From Octopus sinensis (Eukaryota): a stretch of 64,000 bases of DNA. This document shows, in pieces, positions 13,801-26,630 of the stretch (position 1 is the stretch's first letter; each line of letters begins with the position of its first letter). The position numbers and the translations under genes were made by a program. The notes below the pieces were generated by a model, which saw only the letters and a program-made list of their open reading frames with translations, ran no database searches and had not been told where the DNA came from. The stretch covers positions 42,036,001 to 42,100,000 of the forward strand of contig NC_043007.1 of NCBI RefSeq assembly GCF_006345805.1, read 5' to 3'.

Positions 13801-14684
13801 CAGTAATTACTTGCCATATCTTGGTTCACCTATCATGCCCTCAGTACATCGCAGATTTTTCTGGCTAATAAATGTAAATTATTATTGTGGATTCCTCAGT
13901 ATATCGCGGGTTTCTGTGGCCGATAGATATTTATATTTTTTTAGATTTTAATTATTTCTGTGGTAAAATAAGCATTTTCACACCTAAAAATTAATAAATC
14001 AATAAATAAAAATATAGTATAGTATAGGCACAGGAGTGGCTGTGTGGTAAGTAGCTTGCTTACCAACCACATGGTCCTGGGTTCAGTCCTACTGTGTGGC
14101 ACCTTGGGTAGGTGTCTGCTACTATAGCCTTGGGTAGACCAAAGCCTTGTGACTGGATTTGGTAAATGGAAACTGGAAGAAGCCCATTGTATATGTATGT
14201 GTGTGTATATGTTTGTGTGTTTGTGTTTGTCCCCCCGACATCGCTGGTGTGTTTACGTCCCCGTAACTTAGCAGTTCAGCAAAAGAGGCCGATAGAATAA
14301 GTACTAGGCTTACAAAGAATAAGCTCCAGGGTCGATTTGCTCAACTAAAGATGGTGCTCCATCGTGGCCACTGTCAAAATGACTGAAACAAGTAAAAGAG
14401 TAAAGAGAGAGTCCTGCACTGTATAACACATTAATGAAAATATATTAAAAGAAAATATGTAGTGTACTGTAGATGAGTAAACAGAATCACACATACTGTA
14501 TTGAAAACGAAACTCAGGAGGTGAGTGTGTGTGGTGCTGTTTTGCATTTATAATAAAATAAATATATACAAATCATAAAAATAATACAAAAAATATACAG
14601 TATGGTACTATTTCTACTTCGCAGATTTTCACCTATCACAGGGGGTTTTGGAACGTAGCACCTGCAAAAGTTAAGGGATTACTG
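13801..14684. mobile_element. Tigger/pogo-like MITE with a nested SINE
   Basis: TA|CAGTAAT ... ATTACTG|TA termini; family A SINE inserted at 14032-14410. Confidence 0.65.
14032..14410 (+). mobile_element. SINE family A copy nested in a Tigger-like MITE
   Basis: Same head, microsatellite and tail as 5067-5566. Confidence 0.85.
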
Positions 14685-15204
14685 TACCACATTTTAAAAA
14701 AATATGTATTGGGGTCGATTTGCTTGACCAAACCCTTCAAGGTGATACTCCAGTATGGCTGCAGTCCAATGACTGAAACAAGTAAAAAATAAAAAGTTAA
14801 ATGTGTGTGTGTGTGTGTGTGCTTATGTATGTGTGGCCGGCTTCTTTCAGTTTCCATATATCAAATACACTTACAATGCTTTGGTCAGCTTGAGACTATT
14901 GCAAAAGATATTATCCAGTGTGCCACACAGTGGTATTGAACCCAGAACCGTGTGTTTGAGAAACAAACTTCTTACCACACAGCCACTCTTGCACTTATAG
15001 CCATGCCTGCACTATGGTTCTTTAAAAGTATAATACTAATATTGAAGCATCTTAATAAGCATATTATCAAATTTTTGTCATACACAAGTAGGATTAATAA
15101 AACAAGGGAACCAATAGTTTCCAATATTTTTGTTTAATTGTTTGCTTTTTGGGTTGTATTATTTTTAACTTTCCAACACCAGACAAAATGCTTAGCAGTA
15201 TTTC

Positions 15205-15460
15205 ATCTGTACATTATTTACATTTGACAGATATTTGTCCTCATCTTGTTTGTTGTTAACACATTTCAGCTGATATACCCTCCAGCCTTCATCAGGTGTC
15301 TTGGGGAAATTTCGAACCTGGGTTCTCATTCCTAAAGTATTTTTCAACGTTATCATTATTATTATTATTATTCAGGATGATGATGATTGCCTGGAATCAA
15401 ACTCAAAATCTTGGGGTTAGTAGCCCGCGCTCTTAACCACTATGCTATATGCCCGTGGGC
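15205..15460 (-). mobile_element. tRNA-headed SINE with hammerhead-derived body (cleavage site deleted)
   Basis: tRNA-like head, (AAT)n, then GACAC-CTGATGA-A-GGCTG...CAGCT-GAAA-T-GTGTT at 15258-15300. Confidence 0.75.
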
Positions 15461-17843
15461 AATTATGGAGTGAATTTGAGGGCTTATAAATCTAATATTT
15501 TCCTATCCTTCCTTAATACCAGTTCCATTATGCTGTTCATATCTGCACTCGGTCTGCTTAGGAGATTGTTATACATCAATAAACTTCATCTGATCCATGC
15601 AAGCATGGAAAAGTTGATGTGAAGACCATGAGGATGACAAAACGATGATTTTGCATGGAAAGTTAAAAATAATCCTTTCTACAATAGGCACAAGGCCTGG
15701 ATTTTTGTGAGGAGGGAGACAATCGATCACATCAACTCCAGTACTTGACTGGTACTTAATTTATTGACCCTGAAAGGATGAAAGGCAAAGTTATATATAT
15801 ATAATGGGTTTTTTTTTTTCAGTTTCCATCTACCAAATCCATTAAGGCTTTGGTCAACCTGGAGCTACAGAAGACATTCACCCAAGGTGTCATACAGTGG
15901 GACTGAACACAAAACCATATGGTTGAGAAGTAGTCTTCTTAACCACGCACCCACATCAGTAATTTTTTGTTTGATGATGTCAATAAAACTGAACCATGGA
16001 TGACTCCATAGAAATTCTGACTGTGAAGGGGCATTTTTTTTTTTGTTAACCCTTCTGTTACCATATTTCTTTTGGTGTGTTTATGTTCCTGTAACTTAGA
16101 GACTAATAGGATAAGTACCAAGCTTAAAAATAAGAACTGGCATCGATTCTTTGACTAAAATTCTCCAAAGCAGTGCTCCAGTATGGCTGCAGTCAAATGA
16201 CTGAAACAAGTAAAAGAATAAAACAAAGAGTGGGGAATCAGATTCAGTAAAAGTGGAAGGTCAGGCTTAGAGAGCTGAGAAGATAATCAAAAAACTGTGT
16301 GAATGAAAGAATAAGATTGGAAAGTCAGCCTGAGTGATGAGAAAAATATAACAGTAGAACATTGGGGTATAAGGGTGGGAGGATAAATGATGGTCTTTAT
16401 AGGTAAATAATAAGTATTAAAAAACTAAAAAAGTGAAATGTACTAATGTGCCATGAGACCCTAGTCTGAAGCAAATGGTACTTTTCTCCATCTCCTCATA
16501 CAGCCTGCATTGAATTGCTGCTGCTCCTGATGTTTGCCCTGTCCAAAATCAAATCTCAGATTTCTCTACCTCCTGGCAACATAATCATTTATTTCTCTTT
16601 GTGAACTTTTTACAAGTGATAGGAAGGTCACTTTGAGTGAGGAGAGGGTTCTAAAGAGAATGGGGGTGAAATAGGGGTAAACAAATTACATGTGCACTTA
16701 GAGGTTAAGAGAGAGAGAGAGAGGTGGGGAATAAGAATGATTACAGTTTAGAATTGAGATAAACTGTGAAAGAGAGAGAGAGAATGTTTGTGTGTGTATG
16801 TGTGTGTGTGTGTGTGTTTGTAAGAAAGATGAATTACATGAATGGTTAATTATTTGTATATATGTGAGAATGGAAAGAGAAAAACGGAAATATGCAAGAG
16901 AGAATTTATTTATGGTACCAAAGAGAGAGAGAGAGAAGAGTAAGGAGAAAAGAGAATCTTGGAAAGAGCAAATGTGAGAGGAAAGTGAGTCTAAAAGAAA
17001 GGAAAGGAAGATCATGAAAGTGTGAGAAAGATAACGTGAGATGAATATATGAGATTGGTACTAGAGAGAAAGAGTGAAATGAGATGCTGTGTGTGTGTGT
17101 GGCATGTAGGTGTGTATGTATGAATGGGAAGATGAGAATGTGAATATAAAAGAATTATTTACTATGTATATGAGACAGAAGTGAGTATGTGTGTGAGAGA
17201 GGAAGTGTGTGTGTTTATAAATAAGAAAGAAAGAGAGCATGTGTATGTGGTGTGTGTGTATATGATAGTTTATAGTTTATAGGTGTGTGAGAGAGAGAGA
17301 GAGAGAGAGAGAAAGAGTCTGTGTGTGTGTGTGATGGTAGGTGTATAAGGGAGAGAGAGAGAAAGAGTATGTGTGTGTGTATGTTGGTGTGTGTGTGGTG
17401 TGGTATGCCTCTTAAAGAGAGAGGACATGTTTTCACATATGTTAATAATCTCGCCCCTCTGGCCACTACCCCCACCTTCCCATCATGGCAGTGAGCCAAG
17501 GTGGATGTCTTTGGCGGAAGATAGCATAAAATTCTGGAATTCAGCCGTTAAACAAATCTCCCCTGTATCGCAATTCATAATAATTGTTTGTAACTATCAT
17601 TGAAGAATTTCTCTATCAATCACCATACCTGTGGTGTTGTCTTAGAATAGTATCTGTTTCCTCAACAGTAGTTCTACCTTGGAATTTGCTTAGTTTTTCT
17701 TTTTTTTTTTTTGAGATTTATAACATCAGTTAGCTAATTCAGTGCTAAAATTTGCATTTTGCTTTATTTATGTGTATTATTTATATTTTATTTCATTTGC
17801 TCTTGTTGTCATCATCGTTGTTGTTTAGACTGCACATGCGCGT

Positions 17844-17874
<31 letters not shown>

Positions 17875-18229
17875 TGTGCATGCAGGTCAACCCAGACAAA
17901 GCAGACTTATAATCAAATGCATTTTAGTCAGGATTATCCCATCTCTTTAGGTTGGGTTATCATCATTATCATCATCATCACCAGCACCCACTGCACTCTT
18001 GGAGTGGTTGGCATTAGGAACGGCATCCAGCTGTAGAAACTTTGCCAGATCAGATTGAGCCTGGTGCAGCCTCTGGCTCACCAGTCCTCAGTTAAACTGT
18101 CCAACCCATGCCAGCATGGAAAGCAGACATAAAACGATGACGATGATGATACAAACATACGTACATACATACATACATACATACATACATACATACATAA
18201 CATGAATAAATAAATGAATGAAAAAATGA

Positions 18230-18595
18230 TGTGTTTCCTTCAGCTTCCATCTACCAAATCCACTGACAAAGGCTCTGGTCACCCCAGAGCTTTAAAAGAC
18301 ACTTGTAAGACTGAACCCCAAACCAAGTGATTGAGAAGTGAACTTCTTAGCCACACAGCTATGCTTGCTATCTATCTTTTACTTGTTTCAGTCATTAGAC
18401 TACAGCCATGCTGGAGTACCACCATGAAAAATTTTAGTCAAACAGTTGACCCAAGTTCTTATTTTTAAAGCCTGGTACTTATTCTGTTGGTCTCTTTTGC
18501 CAAACTGCTAAGTTACAGGAACATAAACACACCAACACTGGTTGTCAAGTGATGGTGTGGGACAAATAGAGACACAAAGACACACACACACATGT
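18230..18595 (-). mobile_element. SINE family A copy (reverse)
   Basis: Reverse complement of the family A head and tail, rearranged. Confidence 0.7.
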
Positions 18596-18649
18596 AACCA
18601 CATGTGAATTGTTGGCGATTTTCTTCCTCCGCCTTCCCTTCCATTGGAC

Positions 18650-18683
18650 TTTCCGAAGAAGAGCGTCTGCTCGAAACATTAAA
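18650..18683 (+). ncRNA. Degenerate minimal hammerhead motif
   Basis: UUU-CCGAAGA-A-GAGC(GUCU)GCUC-GAAAC-AUU-AAA; U4 to C and loss of the stem III C-G pair; (TA)n about 110 nt downstream. Confidence 0.45.
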
Positions 18684-19399
18684 CCATCTTTCTTTCCTTT
18701 CCTGAGCATCTACTAATGCATTACATGTACCACGTCCTCACGTTGCTGGTTTTTTGGGGGGTGGGGTTGTTCTTTTTGGATTTACTTTGATATATATATA
18801 TATATATATATATATATGACAAGCTTTTTTCAGTTTCCATCTACCAAAACTACTCACAAAGCTTTGGTCAGCCTGAGGCTGTAGCAGAAGTTACTTGCCC
18901 AAGATGCCACACAGCGGAGGTGAAACCAGAACCATGTGGAATTATATTGACTAATGTTTTTCTTCTTTATTGAAAATAGCAAGGATATGTTAGCTAATGC
19001 TTCTAGCAAGGCAATTAGCCACATACAGCCTCTTCTCTCTTGTCTCATTGAGCATTGTAGGTTCTATATGAGAACATTGTTTTATCTCCATCCAACTCTC
19101 ATTCACTTGAAGCAGGTCATATTTTCTGAGGAGAGTGTCAGACTTAACACTGTAAGCTAAGGAAATCCTCATCAGTTTTACAGTTTATGGCAATCCCTAC
19201 TACACTGTAGTTCCTATTGTAGCACAAAGAGGACTTGTCTGTCAAGGGTTGTTTTTCATGACAATAGAAGCAATACAATATAAGTAGCACAATACAAACT
19301 GTCCACCTTTCAGCTGGTTATTTGGCAAAATCCAGAATCTGTAGGATCTGGTGGATGCACAGAAAAGTTCAGAGAAGACTTCCATCAACTAAATTACTG

Positions 19400-21480
19400 T
19401 GAGAACTGATGAATTTAATGTAGTGTTGTAGTTTTGGTTGTGGTGTCCTGTTGACTCAGTCATTTATAGGGGTTCTTTGCTAAATTTTTAGGTGCCTGCT
19501 CTAACAAAATCTTGTCATTTCCTTCATTATTTTCAAAATAAATTCAACAGAAATATGGTAACAAAAATCCTAATAAGAGGTGCCACAATAATTTCCACAG
19601 TGAGTGATTCATAATTTGTGTTCTGGGAAGTAACTGTTGTACTAGTGTTATCTGCTGATCCTTGGCACCACAACTAGTGACATATGGCTTGAGATTTCAT
19701 TGAACTAGATAAGATTCGCATGGCTTGACAAACTTAAGGGCTGATACATGATATGTCTTCATGTGACTGAATCTCCTCTCTCACTCAACAGTTCTAATAG
19801 GAATAAGTTGTGGACAGCTCAGTCAGTAATAGTTGTAAATCTTGGTAGCTGCAGCATCCATGATCACATAATCTCTGAAATTATTTACTATAGAGGATGA
19901 AAAAAAAGCTTAAGCCTCTTGCATAGAGATTATATTACAGCTTCTACATAATTTGCAGTATTTCAGCAGGCTCATAGCCTTCATTTAACTGGGATTTATG
20001 CATACATTGAGATTCAGAAGTCTGAGAGCTATCAAGGATGTTTCCGTAAAATTATTATGTTGGAAATTATTTATAAGACTAGTAAGAAATGTAAATAAGT
20101 TAATGTAGACAATTTTGTTGCTGCTTGTTAAGTTAAGGTAATTTCTTTCAAAATTACATTTTTCAAATGTTTTTTAAGCTTCTAGAGTGTTTGTACCAAG
20201 CTCTTTCAGTTCATGCAGTGATCTTGTGTTTTATTGGATTAATTTGTCTGCATAAATAATCATTTCTGTTAACACTTTGACAGTAAACCAAATTCATGCA
20301 ACATAAAAGTTAAGTCCAAAAGAAACTGTTCTGAGGAGAGTCTTTTTAAGAGACCTTCATAATTTTTTTTATCATTTCCAAGCCTTGTTTCATCCTTAAT
20401 TTTTTTTATTCTTATCAAAAAATTAAAAACCAGCTTCATAATTCTGCCACACTGCTCTAAGTGTAACTGTCCACCTAGTGCCCAGAACAAATGTATTATT
20501 GTAGTTGAGATGCACATTCTGGCAATTCCTTTTGATTGTGAGATGAAGTACAATTCATCAATAAATGAGTGAAAACTATATTAATTCCATGAATTTCTCT
20601 CACCTACTGAAATTTCTAAGCTAGGATTAAAACACTGTCAAATTATCAAATCACAGTAGTGTTCCTTGAGAATTGTTACAACAATAGATTTCATACAAAA
20701 CATTATGCTTGACCCCATCACTAGTAAATACTAAAAGTTTGTTTCAAGTAAACAGCATCAAACCCATAGTTGATGCTACAATTCAATAGATATTTAGCAA
20801 TTTCTGATCAGACAACCTAATTAGGTGTAAAAACATAAAATGGTAGTCACCTTTTTTATCACTTTCACATTTCAAATAAACTATTAGAGTGATCTTAATA
20901 CTTAGGCTTGTTGATTTATCAGTGAGAACAGAAATTTTGCCATTTATCTGCTTGATATGCTGGCAGATTTCCATTTTCATATAAATGGTTATGTGATTAA
21001 TTATCTGTGTAGCACTAATGCAAGAATGTAGTCAAATTCCAATGTCAATACTGTTTTTCTTTTGAAGTTCCAATAAGCCAAAGTGATCAAAGTCTGGTCT
21101 GTTATTCTGAGCTAAATAATATGCTGAAAGAAAAATTGAACAACTTGTCTTTAGGTTTGAGGTGTTCATAGAGTTTCATAATTTTTCAAAAGCATTTTCA
21201 CTGGCTCTAATTTCAGCATTTAGAATAACAGTACTGTTGGCTTTTGATTGTTTGTGGTGAACATTTTCTTTTCCTTGGCTTGAGAAACATCTGTAGTTCA
21301 TTTGACAGACTTGAACCCTTAGAATTGCTTGTAAGTTATTCTTGTTACACCTCTGCTTGCTCAGGGTAAAAGAAACAAACAGTGTTTGTTAAGAAGTCAT
21401 GGGGTTGTTAATGAGTAATCCACAAACCACTGTCTACTACTGTAATCTTATTAATGCAACTGAGTCAAGGCAGACAGCAA
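19400..21480 (-). mobile_element. Degenerate hAT transposase relic (KIAA1586/ZNF862-like)
   Basis: Fragments ISVLTDKSTSLSIKITLIVYLKCE...FMFLHLIRLSDQ and YEGLLKRLSSEQFLLDL resemble KIAA1586-like hAT transposases; many stops; boundaries approximate. Confidence 0.7.
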
Positions 21481-22261
21481 AACCTGCAGTGCATATCAAG
21501 GATTAGGGACAAGTTGTCTCTGAGTGCAGGTGTGAAGCAGAGCTAAATTTCCTTTTCGTTGCTAATTAAGGTAGGGCACCAAAATTGTCTTTGTCCCTGG
21601 ATGCTAATAATCCTTGCAACACCACTGGACAAACTGGAAAGAATATGGAAAACATTTCTCCTGATGTAATATCCTCACTATCAGTAGCTTTAATAATCTC
21701 ATGCATAACTTACTCTGTTGACAAACTTTTATTGCTTGCAAATTTTGACATTTTTTTCTGATGTACAACATCAATTTTCTGAAACCTTTGGTTTCAAAGC
21801 CTTTTCATGTCATTGACTTTTCTGAACCAGGGGTGATCACCTTGGTCAACACACTCTAAATTAAACAAATATTAAATTTACTTAAATAATTAAATGAAAT
21901 ACAGGTACCAATACATTAGTATAAATGATACAAGTTTATTAATGCTGCACTGTAAAGGTACTTGTCTGTGCAAGGTATGAGAAAACCAGCCTGATAGCTG
22001 TGGGAATTTACAGTTCCTGCTTATAAATAAAAGCAGGTGATAAGAGGTTCTGAACCATCAATGTCCAGAAAGTCAGTTGTGTTGTACCTGAATACTGAAA
22101 AGTAGAAATGTTGAGAATAAAAATTCTATAAATAGGTTTGGAAGATTTAGAAATAGTGGATTAGAACCAATGGTAGTTTGCAGGAATTCTCATCACCCAA
22201 CATCTGCCCATACATGAGTAAATCCGTCACTTAGCAGGAATTAGTTTTAAATATATAAAAC

Positions 22262-22426
22262 AAACAATATTTACATTATTTACATTCAACGGATATTTGT
22301 CCTCGTCTTGTTTGTTGTTAACACAACGTTTCAGCTGATGTACCCTCCAGCCTTCTTCAGGTGTCTTGGGGAAATTTCGAACCTGGGTTCTCATTCCTAA
22401 GGTATTTTTCGATGTTATTATTATTA

Positions 22427-22468
<42 letters not shown>

Positions 22469-22562
22469 CATTATTATTATTATTGTTCAGGTCACTGCTT
22501 GGAATCAAACTCGGAATCTTGGGGTTAGTAGCCCACACTCTTAACCACGCCATATGCCCATG
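22262..22562 (-). mobile_element. tRNA(Arg-like)-headed SINE carrying an intact minimal hammerhead (22320-22365)
   Basis: Head GGGCATATGGCGTGGTTAAG...GAGTTTGATTCC, (AAT)n, then GACAC-CUGAAGA-A-GGCUG(loop)CAGCU-GAAAC-GUU-GUGUU. Confidence 0.8.
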
Positions 22563-23146
22563 TGCATATGGCGTAGTGGTCTTAAATATAGAACTGTATA
22601 ATAAAACAAAGTTCAAGAAGCTTCAGTATTTACAAAAAAAAGGTTTATGCAAAAAATTGACAGTTTACAGAGGTACCAGAGTGGTACTTGTACCCATGGT
22701 TATCTACACTCTCAACTCAAAGCATTATGAACCAACATAGGAACCTCAGTATGGTTGATCAACCAGCTAGAAATAGCAATCAAGTCTTTCTCAATACCAT
22801 ATCCTTAAAAAAAAAGTAACTGAATGATACATTGGATAATGTAGTCTTAGATACATTGATTTGATAGATAAAAAAACAAAAAACAAGGAGGCCCCAGCTG
22901 GAACACTTTGATCATGTGCCTGCCTGCTCAGGTTTGACCAAGGGTTAAACAACAACAACTGGCCTTTAGGTCAGGGGGACACCACTGAAAATCTTTCCAA
23001 TCTTCAAATAATGATTCAAGGAAGAAATACCTCTTAGGTGAATGAATTGCTTAGACTTCAATGTAAACAATAGTAGACATTGGAAGCACCATTAGAAGTC
23101 TCTCTATCAATTAATACATAGAATAATTAAGTCACTCTTTTTCCAG

Positions 23147-23219
23147 GGTCCAAATCAGTAAAGTGTTGACCTACCGAGAATTGGACAATGACTTGAAGCA
23201 GGCTGCATTTCCTTCACTG
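23147..23219 (+). CDS. IFT43: IFT43 internal exon, VQISKVLTYRELDNDLKQAAFPSL
   Basis: ctttttccag acceptor, gtaagt donor; 73 nt. Contains TYRELDNDL, matching the IFT43 signature TYRDLDNDL. Confidence 0.93.
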
Positions 23220-23829
23220 GTAAGTAGAGTTAATAACTTTCTATATAACCCCATGAATGTTGTGAGAAATATCTTACTGACACCCTCATGGATATTAGTT
23301 GATATGCTGTCAGATATTTTGGTAAATGTCTTGATTGATGATTTAACTGATGTATGGGATGGGATATAGTATATGTGATATCATAGTGGATAACCTTGAC
23401 TGGTATCTTATAGTGATTTTATTTCATTAATGTCACTATAATTGATGAAGGCATTACTGCTGCACATTCTCAATTTCGTGTTCCCTATCAGACTGAGGTC
23501 TTGTTCCTATATAAGAAATAATTACTATTATTATCATTATCATCATCATTATCATTATTTAGACAGTGAAGGTGGTGAACTAGCAGAATTGTTAGCATGC
23601 TGGACAAATTGCTTGGCAGCATTTTTCCAACCAGGGTCAACTTTGCTTTCATCCTTACAGGGTCAATAAAATAAGTGCCAGTTGAACATTGGGTTTGATG
23701 TAATCAACTTACTCCTTTCCCGAAATTGCTGGCCTTGTGCCAAAATTTGAAATCATTATTATTCAGGAAGTGCAATCTCAGCCACAAAGTACAAAGCGAT
23801 AATATTCAGATAAGCAACTTTTGTTTTCC

Positions 23830-24230
23830 AACCTGACACATTTTATAGCACTAATTATAATTACTATTATTATTCATTAATTTATCTATTTACCCATACA
23901 GTTTCATTTACTCCATGCCGTGTATTATAGTAAACTTAAGAAAGCCTATATTTAATTCTCTCTCACTTTAACGCTCCTTATAATTATTATTGTTGTTCAT
24001 TTATTTATCTATTTAGTAACAAAGTTTTGTTTACTCCATGCTATATGTTATGTTATAGTTATAGTGAAGTTAAGAAATGCAAATGTTCAACTCTGTTTCA
24101 CTCTATAGTGCTCATTATAATTATTACTATTATTCATTTAGTTATCTATTTAGCTACAAAGTGTCATTTATTCTGTGTTATAGAAAAGTTATGAAATCCA
24201 ATTGTTCAATTCTGTTTACTCTTGCTCTGA
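23830..24230. repeat. Diverged minisatellite, about 3 units of about 130 bp
   Basis: Recurring ttataatta(t/c)ta..ttattcatt.a.ttatctattta...ttactccatg...ttatag...aagttaagaaa pattern. Confidence 0.65.
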
Positions 24231-24639
24231 ATCTTGAAAATCCCATCTCTTCAATTGTTTGTCTATTACCCACTATCTTATCCAAAAGTTCTACTGTTTC
24301 CTCGACTACAGCCCTAATTCTTGAAAATTTCACCCTCTCTCTCTCTCCCAGTTTGTTACCCTCTTGCTTTGCCATGTTGATTATTAATCAGTGGCTTTTG
24401 CTTTGTCTGTATCTATGCTTCATTGGCTTCAGCTAGGGGATAGGGCAGTTATAGTGTTTTGTCATTCCACAGTGCACCCTCCCAACCCACCCCCACCACC
24501 TTTACCGGAAGTTTTTCTCCTCTAACCTCTACCAGAAGTCTCTCTCCTCTAAACCTCTACTGGATGTATTTCTCCTAAGCACCTATAACAGCTACCTATA
24601 CAGAACGCTTCCCCCGCCATCCCTGTCTAGTGTCTATCT

Positions 24640-25365
24640 CCTGTTAAACATAGTGATTATTAAGTAAATATAACGATGGTGAAATGTATGCAGGTTGAAG
24701 CCTATTTGATTGTTTATGATGTCTGCCAAATACACATGCGAGCTTTCTTTTCAGATGCATAATACTGCTGTTCCCCATCCATGGGTCTTGCCAGCCCACA
24801 CCTTCCACACCCTCAGAGTTGGCACATTGAAAGGTTAGGTCTAATGAGATTGTTGAGATGCTTGAACAGAGGTGTTGCATCCAGGAGGTAAGGTGGAGAG
24901 GAAGTTCTGCTAGGTTCCTCACATGCAAAGAACATAGGTATAAGATTTTCTGGGTAGGGAACAGTGATGGGGTTGCAGGCATGGGTACACTCCTTGCTGA
25001 GAAATGGGTTGATAAGATAATCAAGGTAGTCAGAGTCTCTGATGTCTTGCAAACAACTTGCACATGCAAGTGCTACCAGTTAAAATAATAAAAGTGCTCT
25101 AACATGAAATAACAACCATTATCTTCACCTATGCCCCTCAGCCAGGGCTACCTGATGAACAGAAAGACCGATTTTATGACACCCTCTTGCAGACTACCTC
25201 ATCGACGAATGAGAGAGATTTTCTCTTTGTGGCTGGCAACTTCAACAGGCATGTTGGACAATATCCAGGGAGCTTTCATGGTGTGCATGGTGGCAATGGA
25301 TTTGGTTCCCACAATGAGGAGGGAGCCAGGCTTCTGGACTTCTATCATGTTGGTGGACATTAAAT
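24640..25365 (+). mobile_element. RTE LINE 5' region with AP-endonuclease fragment
   Basis: EIVEMLEQRCCIQEVRWRG, YAPQPGLPDEQKDRFYD, AGNFNRHVG and GNGFGSHNEEGARLLDF; a short insertion interrupts it near 25060-25120. Confidence 0.85.
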
Positions 25366-26008
25366 AATGATGATGATAGATGATGTAAGCTAACAAGAAA
25401 ATAAATGAAACAGTACAGGCAAGGACATAGATAAAAACAGAGGGTAAAATCACTATGATAAGCATGGGAGCTGCAGCATAGAAACAAAAATATGAATCAA
25501 AGAGAATACAGTGAGTATTCACAACAGATAAGAGAGCATGTCCAGGATAGAACAGAAAATGAAAATGAGAGAAAATGTCAAAAAAATCTGTCAACATATG
25601 GTTGAAAGTTAGAACATTGGTGACATGAATATTCTCTACAATCATTGTCAAGCTCTTAGATTTATAAATGAACCTTTGAACTGCTGGGGGAATGGGAAAG
25701 AATGGAAAAGCACTAGTGGTCTTTATGTGACACCATCACCAGTGCTTTTAACATGGCACCAGCAGTGGTGCTTTTTATGTGGCACCAGCACCGACAGAGT
25801 CACAAAGTAACTTGCTAGACGAAGACCCCTCAATTGGGAGAAGAGAGTAATAGAGAGGGTAGGGCTTTTTACCAGTTGAGGAGAGATTAGAGATATAGAG
25901 GGACAGGGATAGGTGTCTTGCTGTAACTTCAGTATTGTGTTTATGTATCCAATACAATGAAGAAAACTTAAACAAGTATCATCATAAATAATTATTATTA
26001 TTTCTCAG

Positions 26009-26071
26009 GACAATGAGGTGGATTTAAAGATGTTAACCAGGTGCTTGTTACCAGAATCAGATCTAATTGAG
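26009..26071 (+). CDS. IFT43: IFT43 internal exon, DNEVDLKMLTRCLLPESDLIE
   Basis: tttctcag acceptor, gtgagc donor; 63 nt, phase 0-0. Resembles [21 protein letters not shown]. Confidence 0.92.
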
Positions 26072-26277
26072 GTGAGCTGATTGTTTCCTTAAAAATTTCT
26101 TTACAGTATATTTGTACATTCATTAAGTTCAGTGTAAATTATCTGTTTTGAGCCAATTTACCAGAGTCCTTCATAATTTACAAAGGCAATATCCATGCAT
26201 GCAGGTATGTATGTATATGGGAGCTGTCAACTCATAGACAAGTATGACCATCACTGACAATTTATCTTACTCATTAC

Positions 26278-26630
26278 TCTTTTACTTGTTTCAGTCATTT
26301 GACTGTGGCCATGCTGGAGCACTGCCTTTAGTCGAACTAATCGATTAGTACTTATTCTATCGGTCTGTTTTGCCGAACCGCTAAGTTATGGGGACATAAA
26401 CACACCAGCATCGGTTGTCAAGCAATGCTGGGGGGACAAACACAGTCACACACACACATATATATATAAACACGACGGGCTTCTTTCAGTTTCCATCTAC
26501 CAAATCCACTCACAAGGCTTTGGTCAGCCCGAGGCTATAGTAGAAGACACTCACCCAAGGTGCCATGCAGTGAGACTGAACCCAGAACCATGTGGTTCGT
26601 AAGCAAGCTCCTTACCACACAGCCACTCCT
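26278..26630 (-). mobile_element. SINE family A copy (reverse)
   Basis: Full reverse complement of the 5067-5566 family. Confidence 0.85.

Noticed and set aside
22490-22562. Functional tRNA gene
   Set aside because: The anticodon and acceptor stems do not pair properly and the sequence is fused to a repeat body, so it is treated as a SINE head.
24178-24375. Natural-looking 65-aa minus-strand ORF (MAKQEGNK...)
   Set aside because: It runs into a minisatellite and has no clear donor site or family match.
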